Assembly (NCBI GenBank): GCA_938009235.1
Contig: CALLIK010000004.1
Span: forward strand, 365,725-429,724
Direction of reading: 5' to 3'
Source of the DNA: an uncultured Caulobacterales bacterium
GTDB lineage: Bacteria > Pseudomonadota > Alphaproteobacteria > Caulobacterales > Maricaulaceae
Length of the DNA stretch: 64,000 nt
Shown here: piece by piece, positions 26,400-34,813 of the stretch
How positions within the stretch are numbered: position 1 is the first letter of the stretch
Layout: each line of letters starts with the position of its first letter
Translations under genes and position numbers: made by a program
Notes under the pieces: generated by a model
What the model was told of the DNA's origin: nothing
The model's input: only the letters and a program-made list of their open reading frames with translations
The model's database searches: none

Positions 26400-26755
26400 T
26401 ACTTTTCCCAAACCAATTGGTCTTTTGAATATTTTACTATGACTTCGATTTCGCCGATGATTGCCGCGTTAAACGCTTCAAGTTCTTCGGCTGGAACCCA
26501 AATTTCTTCGTGCATCTTGGCACCAACAACTTCAGGCTTGTATTTCTTTGCTGTCTCAACAGTGACCGCGAACCGAGTGACATACCCAATTTTGTCATCG
26601 TTCAATTTCGAATTCCAATCCTTAGCAATCTGGCGAGCATAAGCCTCGTTAAGAACGGGGTAGAAAATTGGCTGATCAGGCAAACGCGGTGGGTAGGCCT
26701 TAAATCCGCTATCCTCAATCAATTTAAGTTCAGCAGAACCAACTGGGCGGAACAT
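26399..26755 (-). CDS. Conserved small protein of unknown function embedded in the suf operon
   Basis: MFRPVGSAELKLIEDSGFKAYPPRLPDQPIFYPVLNEAYARQIAKDWN.... I recall this pattern as a widespread uncharacterised family. A GGGAGA RBS precedes ATG 26755. The stop overlaps the sufC ATG by 1 nt (TAATG). Confidence 0.6.
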   Translation of the reverse strand: MFRPVGSAELKLIEDSGFKAYPPRLPDQPIFYPVLNEAYARQIAKDWNSKLNDDKIGYVTRFAVTVETAKKYKPEVVGAKMHEEIWVPAEELEAFNAAIIGEIEVIVKYSKDQLVWEK

Positions 26756-26827
26756 GATTACAGTTTCTCCCATCACACCCACTCCCCAACAAGAGTGCGA
26801 TAAAGTGAGTTGCAAAGATCATCACAT

Positions 26828-27178
26828 CTAAGCATCTTTCTTTTTCCTTTTCGCAAGGATTTCCGCGCGGTCCTCATCAGAGGCGTTCAGCCAGACCAGT
26901 TGATCGATTTTATCGACGGCAAGTGAAATCATCCATAAAACTACAGCATAGAATAAAATTCCAATCGCGCCCCAAAGTACCTCATCAGCCATATATGATA
27001 GATTTAAGGCAACGGAGTCTCCGTCCGAAACAGCACCATTAAGAGCATAAGTATCTACTGCTTCAAGGGCCATTGAGCCAATCCACATAATGACACTCAA
27101 TGTTGTCGCTAAAATTGCGACCCACTTCATAAGCTTAGGCAGCCACCATTTTGGTCGATCAGAGAGTTTATAAATCAT
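26828..27178 (-). CDS. Small two-TM membrane protein embedded in the suf operon
   Basis: 116 aa from MIYKLSDRPKWW, with two hydrophobic segments and a Lys-rich C-terminus. Its start overlaps the cupin stop by 1 nt (TGATG). Confidence 0.5.
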   Translation of the reverse strand: MIYKLSDRPKWWLPKLMKWVAILATTLSVIMWIGSMALEAVDTYALNGAVSDGDSVALNLSYMADEVLWGAIGILFYAVVLWMISLAVDKIDQLVWLNASDEDRAEILAKRKKKDA

Positions 27179-27549
27179 CACACCCACTCCCCAACGGGCG
27201 CGTCATAGACCGCGTCTACGTCTGCATCGCCATTGTTCTTCACGCCCTGAGGTTCGATCAGGAAGATGTGGCATTCCTCAGTTGCGCGAGGTCTGTGGCG
27301 CACGCCTTTAGGCACAACGATGCATTCCCCAGCTTTGACGGGAACGCTTTCGCCCCCTTCAAAGTCTAGAATAAACTCGCCTTTCCAGCAGAAGAACATC
27401 TCGTCCTCGCCCGCATGGGCGTGGAACGGATATTCGCCTTTGATCTTGGCGAGTTTGAAATCCTGCCCGTTCAGCTCGGCAACGATCTTTGGTCGCCAGT
27501 GTTCGCTGAACTTCGAGAACTTCTCATCGATGTTGATAGGGGCTGTCAT
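27178..27549 (-). CDS. Cupin-domain protein
   Basis: 123 aa with a cupin_2-like core: YPFHAHAGEDEMFFCWKGEF...GECIVVPKGVRHRP. Confidence 0.8.
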   Translation of the reverse strand: MTAPINIDEKFSKFSEHWRPKIVAELNGQDFKLAKIKGEYPFHAHAGEDEMFFCWKGEFILDFEGGESVPVKAGECIVVPKGVRHRPRATEECHIFLIEPQGVKNNGDADVDAVYDAPVGEWV

Positions 27550-27941
27550 TAGCCTTTAAATGCCGTCACTTCGATTTCGATCTTGCCTTTTGGGTCGACC
27601 ATATCAGCAATAACCATTGTCGCAGCAGGTAGGATTTTGTCAAAATGCGCTTTGATGATCGGCAGAACTTCGTTGACATATTTACGGTCAGAGACTGTGT
27701 ACTGAACGCGGACTGTGTGGCCCAGTTCAAATCCTGCAGCGTCGAGCGCTTGGCGGATGTTCGTGAACGTGTTCATCGCCTGCTGTGCTGCGCTTTCAGG
27801 GAGTTCTTGTTTCTTATAATCATAACCCATTGTGCCAGACACAAAACACCAGTCGCCTTGCACGACCGCGCGAGACATAGCGTAATTCAGCTCGCCTTCG
27901 GAGATTTGAATGAATTGACGTGTTGCTTTTTTAGTAGCCAT
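27549..27941 (-). CDS. RidA/YjgF/UK114-family protein lacking the canonical catalytic Arg
   Basis: 130 aa with a family-like C-terminus LPAATMVIADMVDPKGKIEIEVTA. The position equivalent to PARS in canonical RidA reads PAAT. Its stop overlaps the cupin ATG by 1 nt (TAATG). Confidence 0.8.
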   Translation of the reverse strand: MATKKATRQFIQISEGELNYAMSRAVVQGDWCFVSGTMGYDYKKQELPESAAQQAMNTFTNIRQALDAAGFELGHTVRVQYTVSDRKYVNEVLPIIKAHFDKILPAATMVIADMVDPKGKIEIEVTAFKG

Positions 27942-27953
27942 TGGAAATTTCCC

Positions 27954-28445
27954 TTATGGGCAGAGGTTGGTCTGCCATTCCGTTGTGTTTTCACCGCGAT
28001 AGCATTTGATACGCATACCGTAAGCGGCGAGTGATTGATTGAATTTGTCTGCGCCGCCCGTTCCAGAGAACACGACATAGACTTCTTCGGCTTTTACAGA
28101 ATCATCCTGCAAGCCTGAGCTTGCAAATATCATGACAGACCCATCATCCCGCTCGAAGGTTGATGAGGTTGTGTTGACGATATGACCACCTTTGGTTGGC
28201 GCGAAATATAGACGTATCTTGTCGATTGAGTCCAAACGGCTCTCACCCATCTTGAGGTCGAAGGCCCGTGCGAGGTCTTGGGAATAGTCGTTGAAGTCGA
28301 TATCCTCAATAGACCCAGCGGGTAAGTTTCGCGTTGCTGGCGGCGTGGGTACATCAACGTTCACCGAAGGGGCTTGCACAGTTTCAGAGGCTTGCTGACA
28401 TGCAGTCAGCATCACGAGTGCAGGTATGAAGAACAGACCGCGCAT
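27954..28445 (-). CDS. Lipoprotein of unknown function embedded in the suf operon
   Basis: Lipobox in the signal [16 protein letters not shown]. 163 aa. Its ATG overlaps the sufB stop by 1 nt (TAATG). Confidence 0.6.
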   Translation of the reverse strand: MRGLFFIPALVMLTACQQASETVQAPSVNVDVPTPPATRNLPAGSIEDIDFNDYSQDLARAFDLKMGESRLDSIDKIRLYFAPTKGGHIVNTTSSTFERDDGSVMIFASSGLQDDSVKAEEVYVVFSGTGGADKFNQSLAAYGMRIKCYRGENTTEWQTNLCP

Positions 28446-29953
28446 TACCCAACGCTACCCTCTAGGCTAATTGCGACAAGCTTCTGCGCTTCGACCGCGA
28501 ATTCCATTGGTAGGTTTTGTAGGACATCACGGCAGAACCCATTGACGAGCAACGCGACTGCGTCTTCTTCGGATAGTCCGCGTTGGCGGCAATAGAATAG
28601 TTGATCATCGGAGAGTTTCGATGTTGTCGCTTCATGCTCAAATTGTGCACTCGGCGTGTTGCTCTCAATGTACGGAACAGTATGCGCGCCGCATTGATCA
28701 CCGATTAGAAGCGAGTCACATTGCGTGAAATTCCGCGCGCCTGTCGCTTTCTTGTGTGCACTAACGAGGCCGCGATAGGTCGAGTTCGATTTACCCGCGC
28801 TGATGCCTTTAGAGATCACGCGTGATTTCGTGTTTTTACCCAAATGGATCATTTTTGTGCCTGTGTCGGCTTGCTGATGACCATTTGTGATCGCGATGGA
28901 GTAGAACTCACCTTGGGAGTTATCACCGCGCAGGATGCAACTTGGGTATTTCCACGTGACGGCAGACCCAGTTTCAACTTGTGTCCAACTCACCTTGGCG
29001 TTCACGCCGCGGCAATCCGCACGTTTCGTGACGAAGTTATAAACGCCGCCTTTGCCGTCTTTATCACCCGGCCACCAGTTTTGAACCGTTGAGTATTTCA
29101 CTTCGGCGTCGTCATGGACGATGATCTCAACAATAGCGGCATGAAGTTGGTTCTCGTCGCGCATCGGAGCCGTACAGCCCTCGAGGTAAGACACATAAGA
29201 GCCTTTGTCTGCGATGATCAGTGTCCGTTCAAACTGCCCTGTACCTTGGGCGTTCATGCGGAAATATGTCGATAACTCCATTGGGCAGCGCACACCCGGC
29301 GGGATGTAGACGAATGATCCGTCAGAGAAGACAGCATTGTTGAGCGTCGCGTAATAATTGTCCGTCACAGGTACAACGGAACCCATATATTTACGCACGA
29401 GTTCTGGATGCTCTTTAACGGCCTCAGAGAAGCTACAGAAGATCACGCCATGTTTGGCAAGTTCTGCCTTGAATGTTGTCACGACTGAAACCGAGTCGAA
29501 TACTGCATCAACGGCCACGCGCGGCGCACCTTTAACGCCAGCAAGAACTTCTTGCTCTTTCAATGAGATACCGAGCTTTTTGTAGATTTCAAGAATTTCA
29601 GGATCAACTTCGTCGAGCGAGTTGAGTTCCTTCTTCTTCACGGGAGACGCATAATAATACATGTCTTGGAAATCGATCTTTGGATAATCAACCATCGCCC
29701 ATTCAGGCTCTTCGAGCGTCAACCAACGCGCATAAGCCTCAAGACGCCAATCTAGAAGCCATTGCGGTTCGTCTTTCTTGGCTGAGATGAAACGAACGAT
29801 ATCCTCATTCAGGCCTTTCGGCGCGAACTCTTGTTCAATATCGGAGTCGAAGCCGTATTTGTACTTATCCGCTTCAAGCGAGCGTACGCCTTCGACGGTT
29901 TCGTCGTCGATACTGTCTTTGACATTGACCTGTTCATTCATAGTGATGCTCAT
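28445..29953 (-). CDS. sufB: Fe-S cluster assembly scaffold SufB
   Basis: 502 aa with highly conserved SufB blocks: [23 protein letters not shown] and [14 protein letters not shown]-like. Confidence 0.95.
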   Translation of the reverse strand: MSITMNEQVNVKDSIDDETVEGVRSLEADKYKYGFDSDIEQEFAPKGLNEDIVRFISAKKDEPQWLLDWRLEAYARWLTLEEPEWAMVDYPKIDFQDMYYYASPVKKKELNSLDEVDPEILEIYKKLGISLKEQEVLAGVKGAPRVAVDAVFDSVSVVTTFKAELAKHGVIFCSFSEAVKEHPELVRKYMGSVVPVTDNYYATLNNAVFSDGSFVYIPPGVRCPMELSTYFRMNAQGTGQFERTLIIADKGSYVSYLEGCTAPMRDENQLHAAIVEIIVHDDAEVKYSTVQNWWPGDKDGKGGVYNFVTKRADCRGVNAKVSWTQVETGSAVTWKYPSCILRGDNSQGEFYSIAITNGHQQADTGTKMIHLGKNTKSRVISKGISAGKSNSTYRGLVSAHKKATGARNFTQCDSLLIGDQCGAHTVPYIESNTPSAQFEHEATTSKLSDDQLFYCRQRGLSEEDAVALLVNGFCRDVLQNLPMEFAVEAQKLVAISLEGSVG

Positions 29954-29956
29954 GTT

Positions 29957-31102
29957 CTAAACTTGCTTCATGCGAAGCGGAGCTGTTGTTTCGGCAACAG
30001 CAGACTTATTACGTATGCGCGACCATACATGGAGGAATTTTTCTGCATCTTCCGCAGTATGTTTGTGACCGAAGCTGACACGAATGGCGCCCTTTGGTGC
30101 TTTATCAGCCAAACCCATAGCGGTTATCGCGCGGCTTGCGCCGACTTTGCCCGATGAGCATGCTGTGCCTGTGCTGACCGAAACACCATTTAAATCCAGC
30201 GACATCATCAATGTCATAGAACTCGCGTCTGGTACGGCGAAAAAGGACGTATTTGGTAAGCGTTCAGCCGCCTCACCGAAAATCGTAAGCTCTGGCTCAA
30301 GCTCTTTAAGTCCCGCTTCGAGATGATCTCGCGCGTCAGACGTTAAGGCTTCAAGATTGATATGACTCATTGCGGCCCCAAACCCTGATATACCAAGAGC
30401 ATTTAGAGTGCCTGCGCGGCGATTACGTTCTTGCCCGCCGCCTTGAATAAGCGATGTGAAGGGTGCGTCTGCAGACACATAGAGCGCGCCAACACCTTGC
30501 GGCCCGCCCACTTTATGAGCTGACACGACCAGATAGTCTGGCTGTGCAACCATAGGAATTTTCCCGAAGGCTTGGACCGCGTCCACTAAAATCAATCCGC
30601 CAGCTGCATGGGTTAGCTCAACCGCAGTCTCTATGTCTTGGATGACGCCCGTCTCGCTATTGGCGGCCACGAGTGACACAAATGGACGACCTTGAGCTCT
30701 ATCCCATGTTTCTAAACGTGACTTCAGCCAACCTAAATCAGTGCGACCATGGGAGTCAGCAGGGATGAACTCGACTGTTTCACCAAATGTTTCCGCAGCC
30801 TTAATCGTAGCAGGATGATCCATGGCAGATATCAAAAGGGTTCGACATCCCGCTTGAACCGCAGAATAGATCGCCATGTTATCAGCTTCAGTACCGCTAC
30901 CCGTGAAGATCAAATCTTGCGAGCAGACACACATTTCTAAGGCCACGGCTTCTCTGGCGCGTTCGATCACGCCGCGCATGGCTTGACCGTCGCGGTGAAG
31001 CGCAGAGGCATTACCGCCCATTGCGATACATGCCCCAATGGCCACCTGAACATTCGGACGAATTGGCGAAGACGCATTATGATCGAGATACAAACGGGTC
31101 AT
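29957..31102 (-). CDS. Class V aminotransferase / NifS-IscS-type cysteine desulfurase
   Basis: 381 aa with the PLP lysine in SAHKVGGPQGVGALY and an active-site loop GTACSSGKV. It lies between the Rrf2 regulator and sufB. Confidence 0.9.
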   Translation of the reverse strand: MTRLYLDHNASSPIRPNVQVAIGACIAMGGNASALHRDGQAMRGVIERAREAVALEMCVCSQDLIFTGSGTEADNMAIYSAVQAGCRTLLISAMDHPATIKAAETFGETVEFIPADSHGRTDLGWLKSRLETWDRAQGRPFVSLVAANSETGVIQDIETAVELTHAAGGLILVDAVQAFGKIPMVAQPDYLVVSAHKVGGPQGVGALYVSADAPFTSLIQGGGQERNRRAGTLNALGISGFGAAMSHINLEALTSDARDHLEAGLKELEPELTIFGEAAERLPNTSFFAVPDASSMTLMMSLDLNGVSVSTGTACSSGKVGASRAITAMGLADKAPKGAIRVSFGHKHTAEDAEKFLHVWSRIRNKSAVAETTAPLRMKQV

Positions 31103-31533
31103 TCCGCTGCCTCAGTCATTGGTAATCGCCCATCAACAACGTCTTGCACACTGATCGACATCAGAAAGTCTTCGATATGGTTTTCCAACGCGCCCCACAG
31201 GTCATGCGTGAGACATCTGTCAGAACGGCCTGTGCAGGTAATTTTGGTTTCAGGACTACACCCGTGCGCCTTTGGCGCCGCATCAACCGCGTGTATAATT
31301 CCATCAAGCGAGATTTGCGAGGCAGGTTTAGACAATTTGTATCCGCCCTGTGCGCCGCGAACTGATTCCACGATACCTGCGCGTCTCAGTTTCCCGAAGA
31401 GTTGCTCCAGAAAAGTCACTGAAATCGCCTGACGCGACCCTATAGATGTGAGTGACTCGCACGCGTTTTCACCCTGTGCAGCCAAATCAGCCACAGCCAT
31501 AACAGCATAACGTCCCTTTGCGGTCAGTTTCAC
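31099..31533 (-). CDS. iscR: Rrf2-family transcriptional regulator (IscR-like), first gene of the suf operon
   Basis: N-terminal wHTH MKLTAKGRYAVMAVADLA and a Cys/His cluster C-x7-C-x6-C-x2-H (CSPETKITCTGRSDRCLTH). It has a 4-nt overlap with the desulfurase gene. Confidence 0.85.
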   Translation of the reverse strand: MKLTAKGRYAVMAVADLAAQGENACESLTSIGSRQAISVTFLEQLFGKLRRAGIVESVRGAQGGYKLSKPASQISLDGIIHAVDAAPKAHGCSPETKITCTGRSDRCLTHDLWGALENHIEDFLMSISVQDVVDGRLPMTEAAE

Positions 31534-31645
31534 GGTAGGTGTTCAACTCCAAATCGGCACTAAAGTGCAGGTTTTGTTGGCTTTTTGTTTATACCCTTGA
31601 TAGAGGCGCGCACGAAATCCAACTCATCAAGCGGGACCTATGTAT

Positions 31646-31664
31646 CCCGACTGATTTAGTCAAG
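31646..31664. promoter_or_regulatory. IscR type-1-like operator (CCCGACTGATTTAGTCAAG)
   Basis: The core matches YYGACTRWWWYAGTCRR at 17 of 17 positions of the E. coli type-1 IscR consensus as I recall it. The GACT-N5-AGTC dyad lies at 31649-31661. The site is 113 nt upstream of the iscR ATG and 57 nt upstream of the divergent hydrolase gene. Confidence 0.55.
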
Positions 31665-31720
31665 ATTGAATTACCGCAAATTTGCGTGACAATCTAGACC
31701 CATATTAAAAGGCTGCTCTT

Positions 31721-32401
31721 ATGCCAGAAGTCATTTTTAACGGCCCTGAAGGTCGTCTTGAAGGCCGTTATCACCCGTCTGATGACCCGCAAGCGCCATG
31801 TGCGCTCATCCTTCCACCTCATCCAAAGGCTGGCGGACATATGGATCACCGCATCCCTGTTGCGATGTATGAGCAATATAAGCGCCGTGGATTCTCTGTT
31901 CTACGTTTTAACTTCCGCGGCGTTGGCCGTTCCATTGGCGTTTACGACAATGGCCAAGGCGAGCTTCAAGATGCGGCTTACGCACTTGATTACATGCAGA
32001 GCTTCAACCAAAACGCACCCTTTAGCTGGGTTTCTGGCTACAGCTTTGGCGCTTGGATTGGGATGCAGTTGTTGATGCGTCGCCCTGAAATCGCTGGCTT
32101 CATTTCCATGAGCCTTCCGACCAACACATATGATTTCGCATTCTTAGCCCCATGCCCAGCCTCTGGCCTCGTGACATATGGTAGTGAAGACCCAATCGTC
32201 CCTGCGGATGACGTCGATCGTGTTGTGTCTAAAATTCGCGTCCAAAAAGGTCATGAGATCGATACGGTTCGTATTGAAGGCGCAGATCACTTCTACACCA
32301 ATCACCTCGAGCCAGCTATGGAAGTAATCGAAGACTATCTCGACGATACACTCGACCCACGCTACTCGCCGCCGCGCGAACCAAAACTCATCGAAGGCTA
32401 A
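31721..32401 (+). CDS. Alpha/beta-fold hydrolase (COG2945-like)
   Basis: 226 aa with FNFRGVGRS and the nucleophile elbow GYSFGA. Confidence 0.8.
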   Translation: MPEVIFNGPEGRLEGRYHPSDDPQAPCALILPPHPKAGGHMDHRIPVAMYEQYKRRGFSVLRFNFRGVGRSIGVYDNGQGELQDAAYALDYMQSFNQNAPFSWVSGYSFGAWIGMQLLMRRPEIAGFISMSLPTNTYDFAFLAPCPASGLVTYGSEDPIVPADDVDRVVSKIRVQKGHEIDTVRIEGADHFYTNHLEPAMEVIEDYLDDTLDPRYSPPREPKLIEG

Positions 32402-33495
32402 TCCTTCGGATAAGCAATACGCCCGCCCGTCATTGGGGCGGGTACGCCAGTTGTTTTCGGGAAACTGATTGGCAGCCCTTTTAGAGTACGAACGGCGAGG
32501 TAGGCGAAAGCCTGAGCCTCCAACATATCCCCATTCCAACCGAAGGCTTCAGCGCAGACGACTTGCGCATCCGTGTGCAATTCCAACATTGCCATGATGG
32601 TTGGATTTCTTCGGCCTCCCCCACAAACGACTACACGTTCTACACTGGCAAGCCCAAGGTCACGAGCAATAGACTGCGCGCAAAAAGCTGCGAGTGTAGC
32701 GGCGCCGTCTTTCAGTGAAACCCCATCCAAATCTGCCAGAACATCAAAATCATATCGGTCCGCGCTGCGCGGGACAGGACGCGCGAAGAAATCTCGCTGA
32801 TGCCATTTTACAATCAACGCATGGTCCACCTCCCCCATCAATGACAGACAGCCATCCTTATCGAAATCACCAGCCCCATTGGCGGACACCCAGTTATCCA
32901 ACGGCCCATTACCCGGACCGCAATCCGTCGCCCACTGAAGAACACCATCCTCAATCAATGTTACATTCGACACTCCGCCAATATTCAAAACAGCGACTTT
33001 GCCTTCTAACTTCGAATAGCGACATAAGGCTTCATGATAAATCGGTGCAAGCGGTGCACCCTGCCCACCTGAGGCCACATCGTCAGACCTGAAATCATAG
33101 ACAACAGGTATGTTCAGTTGATCAGCCAGCACTTGTCCACGTCCCAGCTGAAGTGTTTGGCCTCGCGCTCCATCCAGTGGAGGGTGATGCAAAATTGTCT
33201 GCCCATGATATCCAACTACATCAGCAGATAAGGTATTAATCGCCTCGATATGGACGCGATCGACTAACGCTTCTGCGTCTACGAAGCTATTAGGTACAGC
33301 GCCAGCAAACCGCCATTCAAGCGCATCCTGCGTCGCGGCCTGCAATGCGGTCTTTTCATTCGCTGTAAAAGATCGTTCACGACTTTCACCAAACCCGAAT
33401 ATATCAACGCCATCGGTCTCTATGACAGCCGCATCCACGCCGTCTAGAGAGGTCCCGCTCATCAGGCCCAATGCAATGTATCTGTCTTTGTTCAT
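32398..33495 (-). CDS. anmK: Anhydro-N-acetylmuramic acid kinase
   Basis: GLMSGTSLDGVD N-terminal motif and the overall AnmK pattern. The start was chosen at MNKDRYIALG (33495). Confidence 0.9.
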   Translation of the reverse strand: MNKDRYIALGLMSGTSLDGVDAAVIETDGVDIFGFGESRERSFTANEKTALQAATQDALEWRFAGAVPNSFVDAEALVDRVHIEAINTLSADVVGYHGQTILHHPPLDGARGQTLQLGRGQVLADQLNIPVVYDFRSDDVASGGQGAPLAPIYHEALCRYSKLEGKVAVLNIGGVSNVTLIEDGVLQWATDCGPGNGPLDNWVSANGAGDFDKDGCLSLMGEVDHALIVKWHQRDFFARPVPRSADRYDFDVLADLDGVSLKDGAATLAAFCAQSIARDLGLASVERVVVCGGGRRNPTIMAMLELHTDAQVVCAEAFGWNGDMLEAQAFAYLAVRTLKGLPISFPKTTGVPAPMTGGRIAYPKD

Positions 33496-33541
33496 AGGAT
33501 AGGCTTTGACACGACTCTCATGCTCGTTAGAAGCCAAAATT

Positions 33542-34813
33542 ATGACCAATTACGCTTCTACATTTATGCAAACCCTCGTCGGCCGAGGATTTCTCTACCA
33601 ATGCACAGATGAAGCGGGTTTGGATAAGCTTGCGACGACAGAGGATTTGACCGGATACATCGGCTTTGATTGCACTGCGCCAAGCCTTCACGTTGGTTCC
33701 CTCGTTCAGATCATGATGCTACGTCACCTTCAACAGAGCGGCGGAACACCAATCGTTTTGCTCGGCGGGGGCACGACTAAAATTGGCGACCCATCTGGTA
33801 AGGACAAGTCTCGGCAAATGCTGACACAAGAAAAGATCGATTCCAACAAAGAAGGCATCCGCCGTGTATTCGCACAGTTCCTGTCTTTTGAAGGTAAAAA
33901 TGCCGCCATCATGGTCGACAATGACGATTGGTTGTCAAAATTAGGGTACTTAGAATTCCTTCGCTTGGTAGGCCCGCAATTTACCATCAACCGTATGGTC
34001 ACAATGGAAACAGTCAAACGCCGCCTCGAGAACGAGCAGCCTATGACCTTCCTTGAGTTCAACTACCCACTTCTTCAAAGCTATGACTTCGTTGAGCTCT
34101 TCCGTCGTCATGGATGTCGTCTTCAACTTGGCGGGTCAGACCAATGGGGTAATATAACAACAGGTGTAGACCTCACTCGTAGAATGGAAGGCGGTGAATG
34201 TTATGGCTTTACCACACCGCTGATCACCACGGCGTCTGGCGGAAAAATGGGCAAGACAGCAGATGGCGCCGTTTGGCTGAATGGCGATCCATCTTTTGGC
34301 GCAGACTTCACACGCAGTCCCTATGAGTACTGGCAGTTCTGGAGAAACACAGAAGATGCTGATGTAGGCAAGTTCTTGCGTCTCTTTACGGATAAGTCAG
34401 AGTCTGAAGTTGCGGGTTTAGAAGCCTTAGAAGGCGCTGACATTAACACAGCTAAGATTGCGCTTGCTAATGCCGCTACCACCCTCTTGCATGGACAAGA
34501 GGCAGCTAAAGCTGCCGAAGCCACTGCACAACAAACATTTGTTTCAGGTCAAACCGCGTCGGGTCTTCCTTCGGTAGATGTCACCTTAGCGGAGATAGAC
34601 GGAATGGGCATTTTGGTGGCGGCAACGATGGTTAGTCTTGCAGGCTCAAATGGAGAAGCCCGCCGCCACATCAAGCAAGGCGCTTTAAAGCTTAATGATG
34701 TAAAAGTTGAAACACACGAGCTTACGCTCAAAGGGTCGGATATTGTAGATGGTGTGGTGAAGATATCCGTTGGGAAAAAGAAGCATGCCCTCCTCAAAGT
34801 AACGGACGCCTAA
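33542..34813 (+). CDS. tyrS: Tyrosine--tRNA ligase
   Basis: HIGH-type motif PSLHVGSL, KMSKS-type motif KMGKT and a C-terminal S4-like domain. The start was chosen at MTNYAS (33542). Confidence 0.95.
   Translation: MTNYASTFMQTLVGRGFLYQCTDEAGLDKLATTEDLTGYIGFDCTAPSLHVGSLVQIMMLRHLQQSGGTPIVLLGGGTTKIGDPSGKDKSRQMLTQEKIDSNKEGIRRVFAQFLSFEGKNAAIMVDNDDWLSKLGYLEFLRLVGPQFTINRMVTMETVKRRLENEQPMTFLEFNYPLLQSYDFVELFRRHGCRLQLGGSDQWGNITTGVDLTRRMEGGECYGFTTPLITTASGGKMGKTADGAVWLNGDPSFGADFTRSPYEYWQFWRNTEDADVGKFLRLFTDKSESEVAGLEALEGADINTAKIALANAATTLLHGQEAAKAAEATAQQTFVSGQTASGLPSVDVTLAEIDGMGILVAATMVSLAGSNGEARRHIKQGALKLNDVKVETHELTLKGSDIVDGVVKISVGKKKHALLKVTDA

Noticed and set aside
31591-31615. ATACCCTTGATAGAGG... as a type-2 IscR site.
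   Set aside because: When aligned to the AxxxCCxxAxxxxxxxTAxGGxxxT pattern as I recall it, the key A, TA and GG positions do not line up.
32144-32539. 131-aa minus-strand ORF spanning the hydrolase/anmK junction.
   Set aside because: It overlaps two well-supported genes in other frames, and no motif was recognised.
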